A stretch of DNA of 63,622 nt, filler included, from Pelomyxa schiedti (Eukaryota; Protista; Evosea), in NCBI GenBank assembly GCA_020536535.1. It is 14 parts of 14 records of this genome, joined end to end, with 100 filler letters (N's around TTAATTAATTAA, not from the genome) between each part and the next. Parts side by side here need not be neighbours in the genome. Positions count along the whole stretch, not along the records: positions 3,709 to 20,020 come from JAHLWZ010000083.1; positions 20,121 to 34,917 come from JAHLWZ010001166.1; 12 more parts are not named here. One strand, 5' to 3'. Shown here piece after piece: positions 11,181-22,273 of this stretch; the stretch's first letter is position 1; each line of letters starts with the position of its first letter. A model generated the notes under the pieces. It saw only the letters and a list, made by a program, of their open reading frames with translations. It was not told the origin of the DNA and searched no databases. The translations under genes were made by a program, and so were the position numbers.

Positions 11181-11939
11181 TTGGCCTCCACATGTTGCTG
11201 CTTGTTGTTGTGTTTTAACGCGTCGGATCTTCTTCAGCCACCCGCCATTGTCGTTGACGGTGCATCATCTAGACACAATCGAGAATAAGAAAATAAGGCA
11301 TTTAACTTGATTAGATCTTGCCGTTGGTGTTACTCCATGAACAGTTCTCCTTGAAACACAACTTGGGTGTTGCAACGCGGCAAACAGTGCAAGAAAACAC
11401 CTGACCCGAAATAAGAACAAGACACAACAACAGCACCGTCACTGTGTCGCGAGGGTGACAGGCACCAATGAGAAAAAAAAACAAAGTTGTGAATGCATAC
11501 ACGTTTGACCGGGTCACATGTTGTTGGTTGTGTAGATCTTGCCTTGGTTTTATTTTTTAATGATTGTTATGTGTTCGGGTCGCATGCTGTTGGTTGCCGA
11601 AATGTGTGATCTTGGTTTTACTATTTTTTTATGATTATAATTTTGTGTTCTTTGGGGGTTTATAAGTCCGCCAATTGGTTCTTAACAGATAAATTATCTG
11701 CAACTGCGATTTTCCCAAAAACCAATTGCACCAACCCGATCACTTCCACATTGTTCAGTGGTTTAGTGCGCGCGCTTATGGCTTGTGTTGCCGCTGTTGT
11801 CGTTGTTTTTTGAGTTTGTGGCAAGTGATTGTTGTGGGTGTTGTTGGAGAACGATAACAACAAGAAAATTACATGGTCACAGATGTTGCCTCTTAAAAGA
11901 TCTGTGAAGCGTTTATAAACATCATCAGGGTCAAAAGGA

Positions 11940-13190
11940 TCACCACAACAGTGAGGACTGTTGGTTGATGCAAAAATCTCCTCCCCCAGAAGGCAAAACA
12001 TCAAACGAGATCACCACAACACCAGACTCAATCACCAGAATCTTCCTGTCACTGGTTTGCACTGCAAACAAAAGCCCCCTGCCGCAAACAACCTGATCAA
12101 AGGTGTCCCCACAGTTTGTGCACCTCAGTGGTTGGCGCGTGTCGTTGCAGTCCCACAGCTGGTAAGAGTTGTCCCATGCCCTCCCAACACAGAACACGCT
12201 GTCGTCCAACTGTGACAAGTCGGAGCACCTGGCCGAAAGCACTCTGGCAGTCCCTGTGTCAGCTTCCACCTGAAACACAAAATTGCCATACGACTTCACA
12301 ATGAAAATCACAGCGCCATCAGTCTTCTTCCGCCTCAAAACCAGTGCTGCATCAGGTGATTGGAGGGAAGTACCAGGACCAAAGGAGTCCTGCCTACTCT
12401 CTGTGGATGTCTGAATCAAAGCAGTGAACTTCTGGGATTCGTATGTCTTGAGCACATCAAAAAGTGTGAATGAAATGGTGGTGGTTTCGCAACAACTCGA
12501 AGTAAGCAGCACCTCATCGGGAACAGTGTGGTTGCAGAACGTCCTCATTGTGCGACTCACACTCTCAGGCAGCAGCATAGATACCTTCGCATCAGGCATG
12601 GTTCTCTCCTTTGGTATCCCTTGCGAAGTATTGAGTCTGGTGATGGTGATGCTTGCTCCATTTGTTCTTGCCCTCCAGCCCAGTGTCACCCACCACTTGG
12701 CGTTGAGTGCTCCGCAACAGTCGAGCCCCCCGTGATTTCTAACATGGCGCTCATTCCGCCCCAGAGAGTCAACAGCAGCACTCTCCGCCTTGTGCAGGCA
12801 CAAGTAAGTGCACCCACTTCCGGGCTGCTGTTTCTTCAGCACTGTGACACCTGGTGCTACCCACCCCTTGGCGTCAGAGACGACCACGTCGCGCGTGATC
12901 ATCCCCAGGGTGGTCAGTGACACGTCAAATGCAACTGACCACGTCACGATGCTGTAACGGTCAGCAGCTCCTCCCCCTCCCCCGCTCCTTTCGTCGATCA
13001 CCAGGGCGAACTTTCTCGAGGTGGACACGACCCAGTCGCGCCAGATCTGGTGGGCCAGAGGCGCGACGCAGCACACGTGGCGCGCCGGGCTGTGTGCCCC
13101 GCAGCGCGAGTGTGACGAGGTCATCAGGGCAACGAACTGGTCCGTGGCACTGACCGCCGTCGGTGTCACCTGCTGGACCGTCGCTGCCAT
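11940..13190 (-). CDS. Orphan-superfamily protein, divergent subfamily, intronless
   Basis: MAATVQQ..SATDQFVALMTSSHSRCGAHSPARHVCCVAPLAHQIWRDWVV..., ending ILVIESGVVVISFDV. Confidence 0.85.
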   Translation of the reverse strand: MAATVQQVTPTAVSATDQFVALMTSSHSRCGAHSPARHVCCVAPLAHQIWRDWVVSTSRKFALVIDERSGGGGGAADRYSIVTWSVAFDVSLTTLGMITRDVVVSDAKGWVAPGVTVLKKQQPGSGCTYLCLHKAESAAVDSLGRNERHVRNHGGLDCCGALNAKWWVTLGWRARTNGASITITRLNTSQGIPKERTMPDAKVSMLLPESVSRTMRTFCNHTVPDEVLLTSSCCETTTISFTLFDVLKTYESQKFTALIQTSTESRQDSFGPGTSLQSPDAALVLRRKKTDGAVIFIVKSYGNFVFQVEADTGTARVLSARCSDLSQLDDSVFCVGRAWDNSYQLWDCNDTRQPLRCTNCGDTFDQVVCGRGLLFAVQTSDRKILVIESGVVVISFDVLPSGGGDFCINQQSSLLW

Positions 13191-13267
13191 GTTTAAGAAA
13201 AAAAAAAAGCGATTGTTGATTTCTGAGAATCTGCTCAGGGGAAACAGGGGTTTAAAAGGAAGGTTTG
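13191..13267. promoter_or_regulatory. Putative 77-bp bidirectional promoter between divergent superfamily genes
   Basis: ATGs at 13190 (-) and 13268 (+) point away from each other; the spacer contains a poly-A tract. Confidence 0.5.
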
Positions 13268-14413
13268 ATGGCAGACCCAAAAGAAGTTGACAACACGGAC
13301 GCTCGGGACCAGTTCATTGCCCTCGGCGTCGGAGTAATTGTGGGACGTTGCGGCCGCGACATCACCAGCGCTGTGTCGGCCCTCACACCCCCTTTGTTGT
13401 CGTGGATCGGCCGAGAATGGATCGTGTTCCCTGCCAGGCTCGTCGTCGTGCAGTTTGCGTCTCATTCATTCGGCAAAGCCAAGGAGTTCGTGAGGTTCAG
13501 CGTGTCACCGACGCTGGGCCTCGTGGGGCATCCCACAATGATCAATTTCAGAATCAACAACAAAGTCACAAACTTCTACGGGTGGGTGGGTCCCCAGTCA
13601 TCAGGCGACAGGTTCGCCCTGACGATGTCCCAGGTTGCTTACCACACCATGATGGTCGTGATCGACACCAGTGGGCGCAGTGAGGACCTGAGGCTGTGTA
13701 ACTGGCTGAGCCTGTCCGTGCCATGGTGCCACAACAGGAGGTGGCTTGTATCCGCGAAAATAGCAAGATGCTCTCTGACATCATCACTGACACTGTGGAA
13801 CCTCGATGGAGTTGAGAGTGGCAGCGTCGCCAAAGTGGAGGGCATTGCTACGCCGTGGCTGGTGTTCTGGGCCGGGTTTGGTGGTGATGACAGTTCACTG
13901 GTTGTACCACAGTTGCAGGGCGTCATGGTCATCGACTTGGAGGCAACGTTTTCACAGAGCAGGCTGGTTTGGAGCACAGTGCCAATCGCTGCAGTTGATG
14001 GGATGCGCATACTCCAGCGCATAATCTTATGGAACGAAGTGCTGTATGCCTTGCTGTCCGGGGGAGATGGAAGCACTTGGGTGCAGTGCCTGACAACTGG
14101 TGTGAGCACGAAGTTGAGTCAAGGAAAGACAAAGCGACTTGGTGGGCCCTATGTTGCTGTGTGTACCTCCAGCAAAGAGGAGTGTGGAGTAGATGTGTAC
14201 AGCGTTCTGGAGCCAACCAAGGTGCGCTCAAGACACAGGGCACACAGTGGGATTGAGAGGTTAGTGACTGGGCGGGAGATGGTGTTCCGGGACCATGGAT
14301 TTTGTGAGCCACCACCAGGACCAAACACCATTGAGGTTGTTGATGCTGTGACTGGCTTTGTTATCTTCAAAATGGTAGTCGTCACTGACTACTTTGTGTC
14401 AAGTGTGTCATGA
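13268..14413 (+). CDS. Orphan-superfamily protein, close paralogue of 8901-10031
   Basis: DARDQFIALGVGVIVGRCGR..., ending EVVDAVTGFVIFKM; co-linear with 8901-10031. Confidence 0.87.
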   Translation: MADPKEVDNTDARDQFIALGVGVIVGRCGRDITSAVSALTPPLLSWIGREWIVFPARLVVVQFASHSFGKAKEFVRFSVSPTLGLVGHPTMINFRINNKVTNFYGWVGPQSSGDRFALTMSQVAYHTMMVVIDTSGRSEDLRLCNWLSLSVPWCHNRRWLVSAKIARCSLTSSLTLWNLDGVESGSVAKVEGIATPWLVFWAGFGGDDSSLVVPQLQGVMVIDLEATFSQSRLVWSTVPIAAVDGMRILQRIILWNEVLYALLSGGDGSTWVQCLTTGVSTKLSQGKTKRLGGPYVAVCTSSKEECGVDVYSVLEPTKVRSRHRAHSGIERLVTGREMVFRDHGFCEPPPGPNTIEVVDAVTGFVIFKMVVVTDYFVSSVS

Positions 14414-14425
14414 CAGAGAAAAGAG

Positions 14426-14811
14426 ATGTTTCAATGGAATTTGGAGTGGCTGTTGGTGGTCAGTTGGTTCGGGGATGGGATGCCAGTGTGGAACTTTGAT
14501 CACATCCTCGAGAGTGGTGAGGTGGCAGAGGCGAAAGGCGTTGCACTGAGCATTGCAGAATGGCTGTTGAGGGCGATTCACTGGTCATCGCCCGGGATGG
14601 TGAGTTGTCACAACAGGAGTTGATAAGGATGGCTGTTCTCGATTCAGTTTGGTCAGGAACTCGTTGTGAGGCAGCCAGGGTCACAAATGACAGTGTCACT
14701 GCAGTTCTCACTCCTGCATCCACCTGCCGTACACACCAGCATGCTGCCTCTGGCTATGTACTCTTATTGTCTGCAGCTGCTGTACCCCTAATCGAAAACA
14801 AAACTGTCTGA
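14426..14811 (+). pseudogene. Internal relic of the orphan superfamily (frameshifted, lacks both termini)
   Basis: WNLEWL...MPVWNFDHILESGEVAEAKGVA aligns to RRWL...LTLWNLDGVESGSVAKVEGIA of 13268-14413; continues in another frame as GDSLVIA. Confidence 0.5.
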
Positions 14812-14827
14812 AAACCAGATTGGAAAG

Positions 14828-17077
14828 TTATTCTTTATTCCCAAGAACCAATACCTTCATTAGGTCAGTGAACACAGACACCCTTCCAGAGGCCACATCG
14901 ACGACTGTGATTGGGCACACGTGGTGCACCCCTGGTACCAGTGCAACAAGCTCAATGTCAAAGGCACATGCTTGTCCTGGGAACAGAGGGAATGGCCCCC
15001 CAACCAGCCCACACACCCCCTGTATCACCATGCACCCTGTGGGTTGTTGTTGTGGCTGTGGTTGTTGTTGCTGTGATCGGGGGTTGATGGCTGTGTCTGT
15101 GAAGTTGATGTGAACTCTCATTTCGGCAGAGGATTTGTTGGTAAGGGAGCAGTGGATTGTGAAGGGTACCTCAACGTGTACTTTGGGAGGTGATGTTGAT
15201 ATTGCCGGCGATTCTGATGATGTTCCGGCACCTTCGGAATCATCATCACCATCTTGTGGTGTGTTGCCGGTGTTTGTGTTGATGAGTTGCATTGTGAGTT
15301 CCAGGGTTTCGGAATCATCACTGAATCTCCTTTTGAGAAGGGTGGTGTAGAGCCGGCCGAGGTCACCAAAGAGCCCCCGCCACACAACGCGGACACAGCC
15401 TACGTCCCGGCCTTGCCGGATCTGCCAATTGTGAGTTGTGGGAAAGGTGGGGAACAGTACAAACATTGAATGTGACTGGGTCCCGCGGCATCAACGAGAA
15501 TAGAAAGCTGGACGCCTGACCGGGGGCCATCCACGATATGGTGGACAGAAGCGGAGTTGTTAGTTTGTTGGCCGGGGATGTTGAGGTGGCTGGGGATGTG
15601 AGAGCAGTTGCCGGGTTTGGTGCCTGTGTGGGTATTGCTTTGACTTGTGGTGAGGGACTTATTTGCTCGGAAATGTACCACTCTGTTGGTTCAAAAGACA
15701 CGTGGTCAATGAAAAGATTGGACGGGCACTCATTCGTAACCTTAGCTTCTACATACAATCCATGAGGTTGCTCAACAACCTAGAAACAGTTAAGGGAATG
15801 AGGTGAAAAGAGTGAATGCTAACCTTGGAAATTATTGAAACCGCACTAGACACTGGGAACTTGAACATACGGGAAAAGGATCTTTCCTCCTCACTTGAAG
15901 TTCGCGTGTATGCTACAGTACATAAAAGTGTGTGCTCTCCAGTGTCCTCAAGTAGCCGGTGAACTAGAACGTTTATTGACTCTACACATTGTTAGCCGAT
16001 TGCACATAGAGCTTTGAGTTCTGCAAACCTCCTTTGGAGAGTTTAGGTACGGCGCAGTCTCTTGTTTCAGCGAGCTTGTACGAAAGAGATTGAGCAAGTA
16101 ATTGCGGGGAACCAGCTCCCATACGGCCGAGATTTGGGACTTTTGATTCCCCATATATAAGTTCAATTCTACATATTATTAGAAGAGTAAGAAAGACCAA
16201 CCAAATTCCGCTGCACTAACCTATACCAAACGTTGAACAGGTCAATCCCCGACGAATTGAGCAAGTTCACATAGCACCTTAGCATCTCCCCAACGTGGAT
16301 GTTCTTGAATGCCTTTGGTATCTCGAGTGACCCCAGGCCGAACCCATCGCCCACAGTCCCCAAGCAACTACTAGCCGGCGGCGGCGCCGCCTCCCAGCAC
16401 TGCGATAGGCTCAGGCTCCCCACGCTGCTCCCAGTCAGCCCGTTGGTTCCCCCGCTCATCACCTCGCTCCCGCTGCCCCCAACCCCCCCGCTGCTCGCCG
16501 CACTCTCCCCCGTGCCCCCGCTGCCTCCCCCTCCCCCTGCCCCGCCCGTGTCCCTCTCCCTCTCCCGCTGGCTCCCCATGCTGGGCCTCCCCGACTCTGA
16601 CAGTGCGTCGGGCTCCTCTGCGTCGGCGTCGGCCTCGCGGGTCTCTTCCGGAGTGAGGACGCCGCCGGTCTTGGTGGCGCCCCGCTCGGCGGAGCTGGGC
16701 TCCGCGGTCGCGGCGGCGGCGCCGGGAGGGGGAGTCTGGGCGCAGGGACAGGTGCAAGGGGTGAACAGGGCGGTGGCGGGGAGGACGGCGGAGGCCACGA
16801 AGCACGCGTTGGCCATCCTCATCACCCGCACGCGTATCGCCTGCGTGTTGGCCGCCGCTGCCGCCGCTGCGTCGCCGCCCGTGGCTCCCCCGCCGGTTGG
16901 TGGCTGCTGCTGCTGCTGCTGCTGCTGGGGCTGAGACGGGGAGGACGACGAGGACGAGGAGGAGATGGAGGACACGCCAGGGGAGAGGGCCTGCGGCGGC
17001 GGGGACGTGGACGTGGACACCGAGGGCGGCTGCGGCGACCGCGACGAACTGCCTCCGACCGACGCTGCGGACATCAA
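14828..17077 (-). CDS. TRAPPC13: Trafficking protein particle complex subunit 13 (multi-exon)
   Basis: AIRVRVMRMAN; LEIPKAFKNIHVGEMLRCYVNLLNSS; LEDTGEHTLLCTVAYT..ERSFSRMFKFPV; LFIDHVSFEP; FDIELVALVPGVHHV. These follow TRAPPC13 motif order, with long low-complexity inserts. Confidence 0.82.
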
Positions 17078-17339
17078 AAATCAAAAAGTAGGGATGAGTC
17101 GAGGGACGAGTCAGTGGGGGTTCTCATTCGAAGGAAGGGCTCTCTTTACGGATAGTGTCGTGAGGTGCCGTGCCTCGTTGGGTCACGCAACTGACTTGCC
17201 ACAGAGCTCTCCACAATCTACTGGAGGTATAAACAGGTTTATTACTAAACAACTTGTGGCTGTGACATAATTTTGGGACCCAAAAGAGGAAAAAGTACCC
17301 TCGCCCATCCATAGTTCAAACACTCACAGTGATAGATTC

Positions 17340-18259
17340 CTAAGAATCTTCTTCATTGTCATCTTCATCATCAGGATCAGTGAGGAGACTGGGAAAGAGT
17401 GCTGCAAATTGTGGTTGCTTCCTGTTCCAATCCACAGAGCCCTTGGCCAGGTTTCTCTTCTCTGTGTCTGTTGTTTCAATTGATCCAACTGTGTGACTCT
17501 GTTCTAGCTGCAATGGTTGTTGTTTGGTTGATTAATTCGGTGTATTGGTAACAAGATTCATGCCATAAATGAGAGCAGTCCAAGTAGTATACTGCGGAAA
17601 TTGTGTTTGAGGGTCAAAAAAAACAGGAAAGAGGAAATAAGTACCTAGAAACGGACCATGAAGGTACCCATGATTCTGGGTGAACTGGAGTCAATAAAGT
17701 GTGGTTTTAATTCAGTGATGAATATCAGATAGCTTAACATACAGTCACTCATTGACAAGCATAGTTTCTTGTCAGTGGCAAATCTTCCTGATGGGGTCTT
17801 CATAATAATGCCTACAAGGTGGGTAATGAAACAAATTACCACAAATACTATATACACACTTGGTGGAGCGAGAGGATATGTAGGTGGAAAACGCACAATA
17901 CCCCAATATATTCCACCCTGGTACACTGTATCCATTGGTCCCAGTAACACGTAGTGCCATTCTGGGGGTACAAAAATCTCAAAAAAGAAAACAAAACAAT
18001 TGTGTCCCAAACAAAGTGACGGCCACAACTGACCTAGGATGTTTTCAGGGTGTGGCCTCGTCAGTACGTGGTCAATTGGTGACTGCAGTATCTCCTGCCA
18101 CTCTTTCTTCAGCCTTTTCTTGTTTTGTAGGCCAACAAAAAAAAAAAAAAAAAAGCCTTTCAACACAAAGAGTACAGACAGTCCCCTCAATTTCACGGAA
18201 AGCATGCATACCACACAGTCCACCGTCGGTGTCGCCGTCGCCCCTGTGCTCGCTGCCAT
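17340..18259 (-). CDS. UBC6: Ubiquitin-conjugating enzyme E2, Ubc6/UBE2J type (multi-exon)
   Basis: [99 protein letters not shown]. The last intron (17563-17508) is GC-AG. Confidence 0.92.
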
Positions 18260-18558
18260 ACTGCGCCTACCTCTGTGAAGTTCGATCTATCTATGGGCAG
18301 ATGCCAATTGTTCTGATTGGATCAGTGAGTGACCCCTGCCTGAGGGTGGCGGACTCGAAGTGTGCAGCCCAATGTACTTTAAGTTGGGCCAATTTTTGGT
18401 GTGACTCAGATGTCAAGGTAGTTCGGAGTCAGGACACCTGCTTCCGTGCTTCCGAGACNNNNNNNNNNNNNNNNNNNNNNNNNNNNNNNNNNNNNNNNNN
18501 NNNNNNNNNNNNNNNNNNNNNNNNNNNNNNNNNNNNNNNNNNNNNNNNNNNNNNNNNN

Positions 18559-19685
18559 GCATGACGAATATTGCTAGCTTTCCACCATTCATCAGTAGAA
18601 AGCTTAAGAAAGGTAAATATATGTGCAGAGTGAGGAGGTTTTCAACCTTGAGAGCCTCAAGATGAACAGAAACACTTTCCACAGTCCACAGTGACTTTGG
18701 TTTGGTAGGACTTTTTGGTGCAAAGAAATCCGGTGCCAAGGCATTAATCTTGACCATACACTCCAAGTTCCTTTCTGGGAAGGAGCTGCTGAGCATCTTC
18801 CGGGAGATAGTTTGTTTGAAGTGAGCTATGTTATAGTCATCTGTCTCATTGTGGTTTGGTTTCAAAGCAGTAGAAGGTAGAGCTCGCACAACCACAAATT
18901 CTGGAATTGTTCTAAGGTGAGTAAGATGGCATGCAAAACCACAGATAAAGAAAAACCGCAGTGGATCTGTTTCTGCATGTAGCTTGGGTTTTTTATCTTC
19001 CTCTTCAATCTGGGCTTGAAACGATGCCAGAACTAATGTTTTCCGGCTTTCAACAGCTGGAGGAGGTTGTGTCAAGAGGTGTACAGATGCGGCACTTGAA
19101 GCAGGAAGAGGTTGTGAAAGAGATGAACTTGAGGTCGTGCTTGTGCAGGTCGTAGAGGACCATTGCCCATTCTGGTGCGAATTCATCTCGGCAAGTGATT
19201 GTTCCTCAATAGAGAGGTACTCCGGGTGAGTGAGTCTGAGATTTGCTTATGAAAAGTGAGAAACACCATAAATCTTTGATTTAACCACCCATTCTTCATT
19301 TTGTTTCTGACCGGCGCCGGTCAGCACCACCACAGCGGTCATGGGGGTTGTTTTGCAAAAGTGGGTATCACTTCCACTATTGGTTCTCTGACCGGCGCCG
19401 GTCGAACACTTTGTTGTTTTCACCACATTTTTCCATTTTTCATTAGCAAAACACAACCAACACACCTCCTGCATGGCACCGCGATATACCGTCATAGACT
19501 CCATCGATGTCTTGTGCTCTGAGAGTGATTGGATCTGTTCCGTGAACTGTCGCCTTCCACCTCTCCTCCGCAAGCCCCTGGAGACAAGCACTGCCCGCAC
19601 GCAACTTGACCCATATTTCAGAATCACTCTGCCATCCGAACTCCCGAATGTCTTCCTCTCTGTCTGTTATTCGCTCCGCATCCAA
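18559..19685 (-). CDS. Spliced hypothetical protein inside the dispersed duplication (copy 2, 3' end lost in gap)
   Basis: Near-identical to 4064-5201 up to TISRKML, then continues with a different sequence (SSSFPERNLECMVKIN...). Confidence 0.45.
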
Positions 19686-20020
19686 GTCCCGATCGTAATT
19701 TCAGAAAATTGGGGTTTTGACGGGGTGTCAGTGGATTTGGGGGTGGTCATTTTACCAATGAGGCACTGCACTTTGTGGTTTTCCCACCCTTGGTGCGCGT
19801 GTGTGCGGCGATTGTTTTGGAGTTTGGTGGCAAGTTTTTTGTGTTTTTCTTCGAGGGAGGCCCATTTCTAAGAGTCGAATTCTTGCCATGAACACTGATG
19901 AGCCGATGCTGTGTAGCTCTGCTGGCGTTGGGTCATGAAAATATCGAATAACAGTTGCCCTCATCACCTCGGTCTGCTGATTCTCCACCTTGGTTTTCAG
20001 GGTCTCCTTCACTCCTTGCA
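18790..20020. repeat. Dispersed ~1.2-kb duplication, copy 2
   Basis: Matches 4321-5537; truncated by the spacer at 20021. Confidence 0.95.
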
Positions 20021-20166
20021 NNNNNNNNNNNNNNNNNNNNNNNNNNNNNNNNNNNNNNNNNNNNTTAATTAATTAANNNNNNNNNNNNNNNNNNNNNNNN
20101 NNNNNNNNNNNNNNNNNNNNAAAATAAAAAAAATAAAATAAAAAACCATTACAAGTGCAACACGCA

Positions 20167-22204
20167 ATGGACCCGCGAGGCATGTGCACGACTCGACTAA
20201 CGAATAATTCCTTGTTTGTTGTGTTTGTTATTGCCTGTTGCGACTGTCTCCGTTTTGTTTTTTTTTTTTTTTTTTGAAACCGTACACTTTTTTTTTTCGT
20301 ATTTTGTTATGCAATGTGTGGCAGTTACCTTACGGTTTGAATAGACGCGAATGTTATTGTGAGAAAGGCTGCTGTTATTAGGAAGCCAGTTCCTACGGAA
20401 GAGACCAACGAATATGAGCCAGAACTCCCAGAACCAGATACACCACCTGTATTGTTACTTACTTTTTCTTTCCCCTTTTTCCTGGAGGTATTTTGTTAAA
20501 CTCACCTTTGAAGGAGTACACTGAACAACTTGAAGAAGCGGCACTTAATGCACTGCTCTCTGAAGTTGGTGAAGACATACCAGTCAAACCAGTTGCACCT
20601 TCTATTCCTGTCGATGCACAACCGACCAGTAACACCTGGGCAAAAGTTGCTTCACAGAGCTCTGGCACACAGAACACAAACACAAATACAAATACAACTA
20701 CACACACGAAACCTCAGGAACCAGCTTTCCCACCTGGCACAGTTGAGTCAACATCTACACCTACATCAACGCCTACACCAGCAACAGCAACAGCACCGAC
20801 TTCCAATGACCCTTCTGCCGCAACGACACAACCAACAGGCAGTACTGCAGCTCCAACTGTGGATGCAGCAGAAAAGAGGAAAAGAAAGAAGAAGCCAAAG
20901 AAGAAGAAGAAGGACACTTTCATGTCACAAAATGACTACGATGTGTATTTCTCTGGTCTGCCACATGATGATGCCACAGAAGAGTCAATTGAAGGCCTGA
21001 AAGCGGAGGTCTCAGCATTTTTTGCCAAATGTGGTGTTTTGAAGAAGGATGAAAATGGTGGGCCTTCCTCAAGTCTAATGTGTTTTCATGTTTATGACTC
21101 TTTGCCTTCGCATTTGCCATCTTCGTCAACATTCTTTTCGCGTACTTTTGCCTACACTCGCGCACTTTGTGTTATTATATAATGTGTTCGTGTCTTCCCC
21201 ACTCCCTTTTCTTTTCTGCCTGGATTTAGCTGAGCCAAAGATGAAGCTATATGTTGGAAATGGAAAATTCAAGGGTGATGGTGTTGTATCATTCTTCAAA
21301 GTGAGTTGCTTCTGTGATCACGAGAAATAATACCCTTTTTTACCCCCAGAAAGAATCAGTGTTGTTGGCACTTCAATTCCTGGATGGCTCTGAAATAAGA
21401 CCCGGTGTTCCCTTAAAACTGGAGCGGGTACACATGGTTTTTCATTGTAAACCTTAATTAACCCACTTTTAGGCTGTTTACCAAAAGAAGCCGGAGGGTT
21501 TCCAACCTCCTCCAAAGAAGCCCAGAGCAAAATCTAAAGTAGATCAATCAAAGTATGCACTACCAATTCATTTATGCACCCATCAAATAACAAAACTTAG
21601 GGAACTTGGGTGGGATGAAGATGACCGAAGACATGTTGTTATCAAAAATATGTTCTCACCTGAAGAAGCAGTGGTAAATTATTCCGTTTTTGGTGCCTTA
21701 CTAATGCCTTATAGGAAGAATTGAATTTTGTTAAAGATTTGAAAGATGACCTTACACGAGAGGCTGCAAAGTGTGGGCCAGTCGAAAAGGTGAAAGTCTT
21801 TGAGGTATCACATCCATTTCTGGGTGGGGGGGTGTTTACCTGGTTTCTCCGCAGAGAAACCCAGAAGGGGTAGTTGTAATAGTGTTCACTGCACATGAAG
21901 CAGCCGCCAAGTGCATCAATGTGTGTAAACCTCTACCAGGCCTTCCTACTTTAATCAAAACTTTTTCATACAGATAATGAACGGCCGATTCTTTGCCCAG
22001 CGGAAACTCTTTGCCGATTTCTATGATGGTGTCACCAATTATTATGTTGCCGAATCCGAGGAAAGCAAGGCAAAACGTGTTCAAAAATTCCAGCAGTGGT
22101 TGGAAGAGGATTCCGACAAGGACGAACCATTCTCTTCAACTACCACAACAACAACTCCCTCATCTTCTTCCACAACAACCCCAAGTGAGGAGGAAAAAAC
22201 CTAA
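20167..22204 (+). CDS. HTATSF1: Tat-SF1/Cus2-like U2 snRNP factor (RRM + UHM, multi-exon)
   Basis: DVYFSGLP..FAKCGVLKKDENG|EPKMKLY..FKGDGVVSFFK; ESVLLALQFLDGSEIRPG; RHVVIKNMFSP; KCGPVEKVKVFE|RNPEGVVVI; MNGRFFAQRKLFADFYDGVTNY. The start is inferred from a GC-AG first intron. Confidence 0.88.
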
Positions 22205-22273
22205 AGTGAAAACCTACGAATAAATTTAAGCCCTTCAACTGTTGATTTATGAAAATTGTCTATTTCTTCCCAA

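Noticed and set aside
16299-17091. Long + strand and alternative-frame ORFs
   Set aside because: Antisense or shadow frames of the GC-rich TRAPPC13 first exon.
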